Of a DNA stretch of 57,050 nt, positions 1 to 11,776 are shown in pieces (the first letter of the stretch is position 1; each line of letters opens with the position of its first letter). The stretch is from Chromera velia. Its lineage: Eukaryota. The notes beneath the pieces are model-generated. The model searched no databases. It saw only the letters and a program-made list of their open reading frames with translations, and was not told where the DNA came from. Where the stretch lies: the NCBI GenBank assembly GCA_018398765.1, contig JAHBMJ010000125.1, positions 1-57,050 of the forward strand, written 5' to 3'. Position numbers and translations under genes: made by a program.

Positions 1-13
1 ATGTGCGTGCGTA

Positions 14-90
14 GCCCCGGAAAGCGAAGCGGGGGGCACTTAGAAAACAGAAATACCCCAGCCCACGTACATACATGCATGCACGCTGTG
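14..90 (+). repeat. Copy of the GCCCCGGAAAG-containing subrepeat also found at 2495-3195
   Basis: gccccggaaagcgaagcggggggcacttagaaaacagaaataccccagcccacgt matches ~2495-2550, ~2933-2990 and ~3071-3126. Confidence 0.85.
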
Positions 91-809
91 TTCTAAAAAG
101 AATTGTTTAAAACCAGTCTAGATTATTATCTGTTTAAAAAAAAAAGACATATATCTAGTTCTAGTTTGTCTCCAAACTACACAATTAAATCATTTGTATC
201 TTCATTGTACTGTTCATTTCTAGTATTGGGGACATTCGGTAAGATTAGATTAAACTGCATGGGTTAAACCATATTTAAGCAAATATCAGGCTAGGTATAA
301 GAATGTTACTAGCAAATATTGATCTCTCTCTTTATCTATGATGGGCCATTGATGACATTGATAGCTAGTACTAGTAATATGATAGGTATTGAAGCCATAA
401 TGACATCAACTTATATTTAACTAGAATTCGAACCCCAGATCTAAAAACTGTTAAGCAATTTATTCACATATTCTCTATTAATTCATTTTTAGTGGATAAT
501 ACTTGACTGGACTAGATTGTTTTATACATCGTGCTCTTATGAGTCTATAAGAGAGAGAGACCGTCTCTAACTCGGAGCAAGAGCATGCAAGCAAGAGACA
601 CAGAGCACAGCATATCAATCAGGGACAACTAGCCATAGTAGCTAAATTAACAGCCAATGCCAGCCATCAAGCAAACCAGAGCAATCCCAGGGTCGACTGA
701 TAAACTTTTGCTTTGTCTCTTTTTCATTCACAGACAGACTACATGTTTTTTCTTCTGCCTGTTTTTCGTTACCGACAAAGCCGACAGACAGACAAAGAGA
801 CAGACAGGC

Positions 810-873
810 ACATACACACATACACACACACACACAGTGTGTGTATCACACACAGACAGACATACATACACAC

Positions 874-927
<54 letters not shown>

Positions 928-945
928 TGACACACACACACACAC
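810..945. repeat. (CA)n microsatellite
   Basis: Direct reading. Confidence 0.95.
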
Positions 946-1274
946 TTTTCAAGACGGTCAGATACCAGATGACAAGAGAAACACGACTATCTTCCTTTTG
1001 CAGCAGCTTGTCACTAGAGAGACAGGCGGGCATAGAGAGATTGGTCTTTTTCCTGCTGCCCCAAAAATGCACACTTATTGCTCTTGTTTAGCCTTCGAAG
1101 CACTTCATTGCTCATGATGCTGCACCCTTGAATTATGTGAAGGGCCAAGTACTAGACAGACCAACCCTTCCCCCCCCCGCTCCCCTTATGTTCTCCCTGT
1201 CTCAATTCGATGAGAAGATTCCAAACTAAGTCTTCCTCTGACACTCACTCCCCTTCCGCCCTCTGGCTTGCCTC

Positions 1275-2106
1275 CTACTGCTGCTTCCTGGCCTTCTCGG
1301 AGAAGAAGCAGCCTACAGCAATCATGCTCTTTCGGTCTGGGACGACGAAAAGAAAGAGAACCAAAAACAAAACAAGGGCGGCAGCCAGGGCTAAATTGCG
1401 ATGGATGTAATTCGTATCTTCCACACCTTTTAAAAGCTGAATCTGCAGCGCAAACGTTTTGGCGACCTCCTGTGCCTTCTTGAGTGTATTAATATTGCTG
1501 TCATCAACTTCAAAGACTACCCCCCCAGACTGCTTTGACACTTGAAAAAAGTTTGTAGAAGGCATTCTTTGCCTCCTGCGACATGTTGGAGCCATAAATG
1601 ATTCCGTTAATTACCAACTTCTTTACTTTTGGTTTCAAAAGATTCTAGAGGGTTCTAATAGAACCCTCTAGAATACCGTTCTAACCCCATTGGGTCTATG
1701 TAAGGCACCATCGCTGTTGTTGTCTGCTCTATCGGTGTAAACAAATACAGAGAGGGAGTCTATGAGCCCTCTTTCTACCAATGCCATGACGGTCTCAGCT
1801 GTCTTAAGAATACTCGACCAAGCCCTTAATTGTGAATCCCAGGTTGTTGGCCAAATAGTTAATAAAAAGTGTCTCAGAGTCTCTCTGGCCATATACTCTG
1901 GTGTCCAAGTTAGTGCCAAATTGACGAAACTCGTTCTTCTGGTGAGGGGGGAGATGCTGGAGGATTTCTTGTATGAGAGCCACCATCCTCTGTTTAATAG
2001 AGGAGCTCATACTGCCTGACGCATCAAAGTTGTGTACATTAAGATGACGCGCGCAGCAAAGTTCGAATGTCCAGGATACAAGAAGCAGCGCATAGAAGAC
2101 TCTCAT
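1275..2106 (-). pseudogene. Signal peptide + von Willebrand A domain + TM helix protein, frameshifted and degraded
   Basis: MRVFYALLLVSWTFELCCA is signal-like; NFDASGSMS is a MIDAS DxSxS motif; after a frameshift near 1810, VFVYTD resembles the VWA beta4 motif; then QVSKQSGGVVFEVD and hydrophobic LALAAALVLFLVLFLFVV in ORF 1275-1595. Confidence 0.6.
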
Positions 2107-2580
2107 CTTTAACTGATCTTTCACGTCCGGTTAGTAGTCCGTCTTCAAGTATATATCTCAAGCTTTGTCTCGCAGAGTGTCAGTAAAGTTTCGCTGCATG
2201 GGTAGAACTTTACAGGATCATTTCTGCTGAAAACGACGAACCACGTAGCGTAAGATTTGTCCCTGTCTGATGGTCGTTTCTCTCCCAACAACTATGTGAA
2301 AACCATCGATCATCGAGATGTAATTTGATCGCCTGTCAGCTGTAGAACATTCATCTGATGGCATGAATCTATATGCATGTAGAGACGCGCTTGCAGATTC
2401 CAAGCTATCGATCAACTAGCGTGGCCCCGGAAAGTCGCGCAGCTATATCATTATATATGCAAAGAGATTTGATACACGCAGAAAAAGCAAATATAGCCCT
2501 GGAAAGCGAAGCGGGGGGCACTTAAAAAATAGAAATACCCCAACCCACGTGCATGCACGCACGCTGTCTTTCAGCAAAAA

Positions 2581-3518
2581 TCTGATGCAAGCAAGCTTGC
2601 GAACGGCCCCGGAAAGCAAGAAAAATGAGAACTTCACGATTGACGCATGCCGGCCAGCCGATCAGGCAGTCGCGCCAACCCCCCCCCCCNNCCCCCCCCT
2701 TGGGAAAAGCCGTAGAACCCCCCCTCCCCCAGGAAAAAAGCTTGGGGATGCAGCCTGTCGCTTTCCAGGGCCACTGACGCACGCATGCATGACGACGCGG
2801 GTTTATGCACGCTTTTCTAGACCATTTGGGGCGGGATCTTTCCGGGGCCTTTTTTTGGTGAAAGACACCGTGCATGCATAGACCACCTGACACACGTACA
2901 TTTGGCGCACATTCAGCCTTTCGGGGCCGGGTGGCCCCAGAAAGTGAAGCGGGGGGCACTTAGAAAACAGAAATACCCCAGCCCACGTACATACATGCAT
3001 GCACGCTGTTTTTCGGCAAAAACCTGGGCCCGAAAGGTTGAATGTGCGCCAAATATGCATATGTCAGGTAGCCCCGGAAAGCGAAGCGGGGGGCACTTAG
3101 AAAAAAGAAATACCCTAGCCCACGTGCACGCTGTCTTTCGGAGAAAACAGAAATACCCCAGCCCACGTGCACGCTGTCTTTCGGCAAAAACCCAGCCCCG
3201 AAAAGCTGTATGTGCGCCAAATGTGTGTGCGTCAGGTGTCTTTCGCCAAAAAAAGGCCCCGGAAAGATCCCGCCCCAAATGGTCCAGAAAAGCATGCATG
3301 AACCCGCGTTGTCATGCATGCGTGCGTCAGTGGCCCCGGAAAGTGACAGGCTACATCCCCGGGCTTTTTTCCTGGGGGAGGGGGGGTTCTGCGGCTTTTT
3401 CCGCGGGCCCGGGGGGGGGGTCGGCGCGACTGCCCGATCGGCTGGCCGGTGTGCGTCAATCGTGAAGTTCTCATTTTTTTTGCTTTCCGGGGCCGTTCGC
3501 AAGCTTGCTTACATCAGA
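2581..3518. repeat. Large inverted repeat (arms ~2581-2932 and ~3190-3518) around tandem subrepeats; foldback/MITE-like or a TE terminus
   Basis: tctgatgcaagcaagcttgcgaacggccccggaaag at 2581 is the reverse complement of ctttccggggccgttcgcaagcttgcttacatcaga ending 3518; homology continues ~330 bp. Confidence 0.9.
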
Positions 3519-3764
3519 TCTATGCATGCATGCATGACCGCTGCCATGAAGAGGCACTTAATTGAGAGCTATAGAGGCAACTTGCAAAAACAAGTTTATT
3601 TCATTTTCTGGGCCATTCGCACGGTCCAATCAAGTTGAGACTCCAACTTTTATTAACAATTAACTTCCAAAGCTCGCCTCGCTGTCTATACCAAGCCCGA
3701 TAGTCGATCTTTCCGCGCATAACTTTTGGTGTGTCAGACTTAGAAGCGTCCAGTAAGAGAACGA

Positions 3765-5740
3765 ATGAAAGCCGCAATGCAGTTGGAAAGCATCCTAATC
3801 CACCCAGGAGACGGCGTCTCCAATCTGCACTCCGAGCCCCTTTCCCTTGACTCGACAGAGTTTGCCTTAAGCAGCATTCTCGAGTATATAAAACCTGGTC
3901 TTGCTCTAGTATCTGAGCTTGCAGCTCACAGGGACTCGTTTGGCATCGCTTGGTTTGTTCTGTTCTTTATTAAGAGAATGCATGTATGACTGTCTATTGA
4001 CATTTTGAACCTTTCACACTGTAAAGTTTTAATTAGAAAGATGCTCCTCCTACTGGAATGGTTGCCAAACTCTACAGGAGAGCTGACGCTTGGCCGGTCG
4101 GCCGTGAAGCGCTCAGCGCGGCCTGCGTTTTGCCGCTGGCTGGAGCGAGTAGAAGGGCATTCCAACAAGGGCATAGTTTGTCCGAAAACTTAAGGCTGCC
4201 AGTGATTAAAAATCACAGTACGAAGGGATGATGCCTTGCCAGCCCTCACCCACTCTGCCAGGGCTGTCCCCCCCTCTGGCATACGCTCATTCTCTGTCAG
4301 AACAAGCGACGCAAGGGTGCTGAGCAGGAATGGGAACAACTGAGGCGCTGCCTTGCAAGAGAGGGCGTTATGTGCAAAAACCAGCCTGACAAGTCGTGAG
4401 TAGGTGGTTTGGAGTCTTTGTGGTCTGCCATGAAGGCCATGAAACCTCTTGCCATTGAAACGCTTGGCCTTTCGGGTCATAGGATTCTCAGTTCTGGATT
4501 AGGGTTTGGTGATAATTTTTCAGGCGCCCCGTTTTTTGATATGCTCTGCAACGACGCGCTGCCGTCTCTTCGAGACCTTTGGCTGGCAGACATTGATAAC
4601 TTCACCTCAGGGATCAGGGAGCTTGTGAGGGTGATCAACCTCGGCAAGCTTTCATCCCTCGAGAGCCTTGACCTTAGCGAAACGGGATTCTATGATGACT
4701 AGATGGTCGCCTTTGCAGGCGTCTGCCAAGTCTCTGTGCTCCCCCGTCTAGAGTCTCTGAACCTCACAGAAGGGCGCATAGACATGGAGGGGGCAGAGGC
4801 CCTTTTGAGCGCTTTAACATCAGATTCTCCACAGCGACCGCCCTTGCAAACATTGAAAATCTGCCTGAAAGACCTCCTGGAAGGTCAGGCGAAGGACATC
4901 TGCACCGGTAGGTTTCCTTTCTTGAAGAGATTCGATTCATCAATATTTACATTGAAGCCGTTGTTAGATGCCGTTGTCATTGCTGGCAGTCCCGTTCCTG
5001 CCTCTCTAGAAGTGGACACACGGATTTCGATTTAAGATCCGGCTTTGTTGTCTCTGCTCACTCGGGTGCTTGAAAAAAATTTGATACCGGGCATTTTGAT
5101 GGTTTTTCAGTGTCACACGTTCGGTTTGGATCGTTCGGCCATTGGTGAAGCAGCGAGAGAAGAGTTTTTCAGTATATTCCAGCACGCACGGCTGCCCAAG
5201 CTGCTGATGCTAGATGTCCAGCGGATGGAAGCAAGCGATCATGATCTCGTAGCTCTGTCAGAGGGCTTGAGGTCCAAAAATTTCCCATCCCTCCGAGTGC
5301 TGAATTTGATGGGGAACAGTGTGGGAAGGGAGGGGGTGGGGGCATTGATGCGGAGTGCCTCAGAGGAGCACCTTGCTCTTCTAGAACAGCTGGACCTGTC
5401 TGGAGGGAGAGCGGGGGAAGGGATGGAGTACCTTGCGGCAATGCTGAAGAGTGGAAGGCTGTGAAGTTTGCGCATATTGGCGCTTAGCGGCTCACTCGTA
5501 AATGACGCTGGCATGCGCGCATTGGGAGGTGGGGTCGGCAGAGTCAGTCTTCCCTCTCTGCAGGAGCTTCAAGTTGACTTAACGTACAACCCAATCACAG
5601 ATGAAGGCGTAATCGCCTTCTGCCATTCACTCAAACCCGCGTCGCTTCCAGGTTTGATTTCCATGCATCACCAAATCTGCGTACACGCCTCTATCTACAC
5701 AACTACCGCTTTGACGATGATCAGATGCCAAGGGTCATAG
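3765..5740 (+). pseudogene. Leucine-rich-repeat (RNI-like) protein pseudogene
   Basis: LRR units LESLDLSETG, LESLNLTEG, LRVLNLMGNSVG, LEQLDLSGG and LRILALSGSLVND lie in one frame broken by TAG 4700, TAA 5033 and TGA 5462; the upstream part (3765-4193) is in another frame with TGA 3987. Confidence 0.8.
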
Positions 5741-6967
5741 CAGAGGGGGGAAGGGCGGTGGGACAAGCTGTGCGTGCAGGAATGCTGCCGTCTGTAGCCG
5801 TCTATGGAGCAAAGGCTGATGTTCGATTTCAGGTCCGATGGGCTGAGATCTCTTGAGGAAGAAGTCGGGCCAGAAAGCGCTCATAACGTGCTTCGTCCTC
5901 CGTGCGATTCTGACAGAGACTCCAACAGTCCTCTTCCAGATTTCAGTAGTATGTGTGACTGTGATGACTTTGGATACAACGGGTGGTACGTAGCACTGGT
6001 AGGGAATTTTGCATAATGTTTTCGGTGGGATTTTGACATGCCTAGTGATATGCGTTTAGCAAAATGAGGGATAAAATTGAAACATATATAGCTAGCAACA
6101 TCATTTTAACTGTATATCTCTAGGTACATCTGTATACGTATGCTGATTCTAATTAAGTCGTCATGCAGTACGCTTCCGCCAGGCTAGCCGTGCAGGGGCT
6201 GGGCCATCAAAGCTCACATCCTATTAAAACTACTGGCATAGTTACTGTTAGTTACATGTTTGACATTGTTAGTTTAATACTGCATAAAAATTACTAGAAA
6301 AATTGATTGTTGACATCAATAATGATCAATTGATAAAACTGTTGAATCTTTATTTCAATCAGAATCAATTCGTAGATCAATCCTAAAAAATCAGGCGCTG
6401 AAATCTAGGCTGGAATTAAAAAAAACTTTAAAAAGTTAAAGTTATATAGTTCAGAACCCTAGTCAGAATCTTCAGATTTTTTATATCAATGAGATGTGTA
6501 ACATATGATCTATAACATTTCTAAATATTTCTAACATATTTCTTAACTTTTTTGTATACAATGTATAGGGCAGCCTGGGCAGTTTTGCAGGTAGAATATT
6601 ACTTATGATTATCTGTGATCTAGCTTGTGATATGACTTTCCATGCATTTTGAATGTTTTTTCTAGTGTTTTCTATCAGAATATTGATCCTAGTATAGATC
6701 TATATTCAACCTAGTATAATTTTAACAGAGCAAGGCACACAGTAGATAACAGCTGCACTAAAAATTCATACAGCATTAAATTACCAATGTGACATTCTTC
6801 CTCTCCCAGTAACAGTGGTCACTCTGTTTCTGATTAAAAGCAGAATTCAATTAACACAAATTAATACATCAGTCGTTTAGCATTTGCTTTGCGCTCTGGC
6901 ATATCGTTCGATCCTCTCAATCCTGTCGTACTGTACTTTTTTGTCTTCCCGTCCGGCACTGGTCACG

Positions 6968-7655
6968 TCATCCCAATCGGTGTCCGGTCCCCGTGAACGG
7001 CATGAACTGCGATGATCCCTGCACGCACGAGGCACATACACGAACATAGATGAACCGACTGGACGGGCAGGGCCTTACTCGACTTCTGGAAAGACGAGTA
7101 TACAGTGCTGCATACTCCATCGGAACATCCAAGCGCCTCATGCCCTCACAGAAAATTGTGTTGCCTCCGTCTAACTGGTGCTCTTCTCCCACCCTTCCCC
7201 GTGTTGTGCCCCACTTTCTGACTTTTGAAAGAATCGTGAGTGGATTTGTACCGGATCAGGCAGCTGAAACAAAGCAAATTTGATGCGTGCACTGAGAATG
7301 AAGAGCCCCCCGCGTGCTTTCATGCTCCTCGGATGCACAAAAAGGCCCTGTCTCTACATACGAACGTAGGGAATCAATCATACCAAGAGACAAATCGTGC
7401 ACTTGCTCCTCTTGAGACTTGACAGAACGACCGACCGACCCTTTGACTTCCGCTCCTACCTCCCGGACTCGACCCGCCGTTGTCTCCATTCCCCCCCCCT
7501 CTCCCGTCCTCAAGAGTCGCACCCCCGTACCCGTTGAAGCCCTCGTCTCCTGCTCCGGCGCCCGCCATCAACGGAGCGCCCCCGTCTCCCTGCATTTCCC
7601 CTGCAGGCACAAACGCATACAGCCATCCATAGACGTTTACCAAGAAACACATACG

Positions 7656-7690
<35 letters not shown>

Positions 7691-7755
7691 TGCCTCTCTC
7701 ACTTTCACACCACACACACACACACACACACGCGCGCGCGCAGAGAGAGAGAGAG

Positions 7756-7790
<35 letters not shown>

Positions 7791-8313
7791 ACGAGAGGAA
7801 CGTGAAAAGAAAAGAGATGGGACAGGACAAGCAACGAGGAAGGATGACAAAGGAGCCCTCTTTTAGTTTCCTCATTCGTAGCCACAGAAAGCTGGCGAAA
7901 GAGGACTTGAGGGGAAGGAAACAATCGAGAAAAGGGACGGGAAGCAAATTCATATTCACGAGAAACAACACATGTTTTCGCCTTCCCAACCGCTCCCCCC
8001 TGACTGACTTCGTACTACTTTGAACATCACCCAGGAGACGATGCACGCTTGCAACTGCAGACACAAAAGGGACACAGACCATAGAACCAGATTCATACAT
8101 AAAAACACGCTTACAGACGCACAGAGGGCCGAGGAAGAAACTTGAGGCAGTAAGGCAAGGGAGGGAGGGAGGAAGGGAGGGAGGGAGGGATAGAGAGAGA
8201 GGGATGGGTTGGGGTGGGGACAGAGAGAAAATAGACAGAATGCATGTTTCTTTTCCATTTGCTCTTTTCACATACACGACAGAGGAGAGAAGAACGAACG
8301 AACGAACGAACGA

Positions 8314-8349
<36 letters not shown>

Positions 8350-8354
8350 AAAAG

Positions 8355-8389
<35 letters not shown>

Positions 8390-8394
8390 AAAAG

Positions 8395-8429
<35 letters not shown>

Positions 8430-8625
8430 AGAAAAAAAAAGAAAGGAAGGAAGGAAGGAAGGAAGAAAGAAGAAAAAAAAAGAAAGAAAGAAGAAAAAAA
8501 AGAAGGAAGGAAGGAAGGAAGGAAGGAAGAAAGGAAGGAAGGAAAGAAAGAAAGGAAGGAAGGAAGGAAGGAAGGAAAGAAAGAAAGAAAGGAAGGAAGG
8601 AAGGAAGGAAGGAAGGAAAGAAGGA

Positions 8626-8661
<36 letters not shown>

Positions 8662-8812
8662 AACAAGAAGAAAAAAAAAAAGAAAGAAGAAAAAAAAAGA
8701 AGGAAGGAAGGAAGGAAGGAAGGAAGGAAGAAGGAAAGAAGGAAAGAAAGAAAGAAAGAAAGAAAGAAAAAAAGAAAGAAAAGAAAGAAAGAAAGAAAGA
8801 AAGAAAGAAAAA

Positions 8813-8843
<31 letters not shown>

Positions 8844-8950
8844 GAAGGAAGGAAGAAAGAAGAAAAAAAAAGAAAGAAAGAAGAAAAAAAAGAAGGAAGG
8901 AAGGAAGGAAGGAAAGAAAGAAAGAAAGAAAGGAAGGAAGGAAAGAAGGA

Positions 8951-8986
<36 letters not shown>

Positions 8987-9334
8987 AAAAAAAAAAAAAG
9001 AAAGAAGAAAAAAAAAAAGGAAGGAAGGAAGGAAGGAAGGAAGAAGGAAAGAAGGAAAGAAGGAAAGAAGGAAAGAAGGAAAGAAGGAAAGAAAGAAAGA
9101 AAGAAAGAAAGAAAGAAAAGAAAGAAAGAAAGAAAAAGAAAGAAGAAAAAAAGGAAGGAAGGAAGGAAGGAAGGAAAGAAAGAAAGAAGGAAAAAAGAAA
9201 GAAAGAAGAAAAAAAAAGGAAGGAAGGAAGGAAAGAAAGAAAGAAAAAAAGAAAGAAAGAAAGAAAGAAAAAAGGAAGAAAGAAGAAAAAAAGAAAGAAA
9301 GAAGAAAAAAAAAAAGGAAGGAAGGAAAGAAGGA

Positions 9335-9382
<48 letters not shown>

Positions 9383-9503
9383 CAGAAAGCAAGAAAGAAA
9401 GAAAGAAAGAAAGAAAGGAAGGAAGGAAGGAAAGAAGGAAAAAAGAAAGAAAGAAAGAAGAAAAAAAAAAAAGGAAGGAAGGAAAGAAAGAAAGAAAGAA
9501 AGC

Positions 9504-9534
<31 letters not shown>

Positions 9535-11072
9535 GAGACAATGAAAGAGGGAAAGAAAGGACAGAGAAAGAAAGACAGACAAAAAGAACTAAACACATAC
9601 ACATAGTTACTGAGAAAATTACTCACTCACTCTCTGGCGCAAGCATTCATTCATGTCACGCCTTTTCACTCATTCACTCACCCCCTTTTCCTGGGAATTT
9701 CAAATTGGCGACATCTTGATTCTTTGTTTCCCTCTTGCAAATAAGGCCCCGACAAAACTGTTCAACTTTGAATTGCTCATAAGAATCTCGTGTGGGCTTT
9801 CAAGGCAGATCAACTCCATTAAGGCAGACCAATGCGAGACGGAGATCCCTTTGTGGAACTTCTAACTCCAGAAGATGCCTCAAGAAAATTTCAGGAAGGA
9901 GCCACATTGGATTTTTGATGAAAGTGACTGCCACGAGGGCCGCCCTTCTTTCGTCCCTCATCGAATTGAGCCAGCCGACCGACCGATAATATTGGGTTTG
10001 CGATCAGCACTCCGTTGAAAATCATCTCCTCAAGCTTCAGCCCGCTCCCAAACAAAACACCTGCAGCAAACACAAGGTGAGATTGCTTACGGCATAGACG
10101 GAGATATCACGCGAGAGATCACGTGATGCACACAAAACAGCTGCTGAAAGCACGAAGGGGTCAATCTCATGATCATGCGCTGTTGAGCCACAAACGTCCA
10201 TATTATCATTGCCAACACACTTGAGGTACCGTACGCAAGTGCGAGTTTCAAATTTAACGACAGTTTTTGCGAATGTTTTTGGAAGACTTGCGGGCGGGAA
10301 AAACTCGCGTACGCAAGTCTTTCATCCGACAGTTTGCGCGCGCCGACCAGACAGTTTCTCAACAACATTCGCAAAACTTGGGTTTCGAACTTGCTAACCG
10401 CGAATCTCATACGCAAGTTGTGCGAAACTCATCCGCAAGAACTCGCGCATCAAACTGTCGTTTTCAAACTGACGCTTGCATACGCTGGCTCAATTGTGTT
10501 GGCAATGATAATGTAGTGCATTAAAACCTGAGCACGAGGAAGCCCTGTGTGCGAACTTGCCACGTGCTTGGGAAATTAGGACACGCTCATTTGAGAGCCG
10601 CGGAAACACCAGGGCAAAAAGCACAAAACAGACCGAGGTCAATGGAAGGTTACTTCCTTTCAAAGAGTTTTTTTCTCTTCGAAGACAAAAGCGCATATGA
10701 ACATGCAAAACAGCGGATCTCGAGGATATCTACTCTCTTGCAGAACCAGACCAGACCAGACGAAAGAGGGTCGACAGACAGACCTTTCACTTGCACGCAC
10801 CGCACGACCAATGTCAACGTCTCGATGGCGCACGAGAAGGTGGCAAAGAAGCAGATGAACAGAAGATTGGCGAGGTTCGCCTCCCGAATTGCGAACATTC
10901 CCACCACAGAGAAGAGAATGTCATTGAGAAATCCAAAGAAATCCATCAGATACAAACGCACCACCGCAACCACTGCCTTCCCCATGATCGCCATGACCAA
11001 GAACGGCCGCAGTTTCATCACCGAGTCCGAATAGCTCGGAAGAATTATGACCGGATTGGCTGGGACCAGCAT
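6968..11072 (-). CDS. 207-aa four-TM protein with C-terminal SHP box (p97/Cdc48-binding motif); 5 exons: 11072-10784, 10060-9984, 8054-8009, 7600-7440, 7018-6968
   Basis: All introns are GT..AG with consistent phases. Spliced product: MLVPANPVII...RCVQVK/GVLFGSG...ANPILS/LQACIVSWVMFKVVR/REMQGDG...GSQR/GSSQFMPFTGTGHRLG*. Confidence 0.8.
7657..7790. repeat. Compound (CT)n/(CA)n/(GA)n microsatellite, intronic
   Basis: Direct reading. Confidence 0.95.
8290..9560. repeat. ~1.3-kb polypurine (GAAA)n/(GGAA)n tract inside intron 2 of the SHP-box gene
   Basis: Almost purely A/G on the + strand. Confidence 0.97.
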
Positions 11073-11776
11073 CTTGCTCTTCACTTAGGGGCTGTTTGGG
11101 GTCTTTCCTGTCGCTTCTGCTACCCAGCTGCCCAGACTGAGCGGACGCAGCCAAAGATCTGACCTGCCGCTCTGAAGTCTCTTTGAGATCCGCACCACGT
11201 GATAGCTGCTTGGGATGTTCCAGCAAGATGATTGGGTAAAACAGAGCGATGAATCTTCGTTGCTTTGATATGGTTTGATGCCTGGGTGCTTCAATGAACC
11301 TTGTATCAATACAATATCAATACACACCATCAGTGCTAGGACTTTGTACATCTGACATCGGTGCGGCGGCGCCCTCCGCGGGCCCATATTAATTTTGCAT
11401 ATATATGTGTTATGGACCGGGCGGCGCCATGGCGGCGCCGCACGGGCCCCTCCACTCGTAGATACTCGCAGCGCCACGCAGCCGTCTCCAGAACGATCGA
11501 CAGACATCTTCACAGTTCTCACCATGGAACACCAGGGAACACTCATGGAACACGTTTCTCACCCATGTTTTTGACGTACCCTATTGCCCTGGCATGACAT
11601 CTGTAACTTGTCGGTCATCTGGTGAGGGCCTGACGTGTTGTGTGTGTAGCTCGGCAACGCTCCCCACAATGACTGCCACTGCCAAAGAATCTTCCGAGTA
11701 TCCGTCTTGTGATCCCTGTGCATCGTAAGCGCCCCCCTCCTTGATTCCCAGTGTTTCCAGAGACGCTCAATTAAAA

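Noticed and set aside
7705..9719. Six long K/E/R-rich or F/L/S-rich ORFs
   Set aside because: By-product of a stop-free (GAAA)n tract lying in an intron
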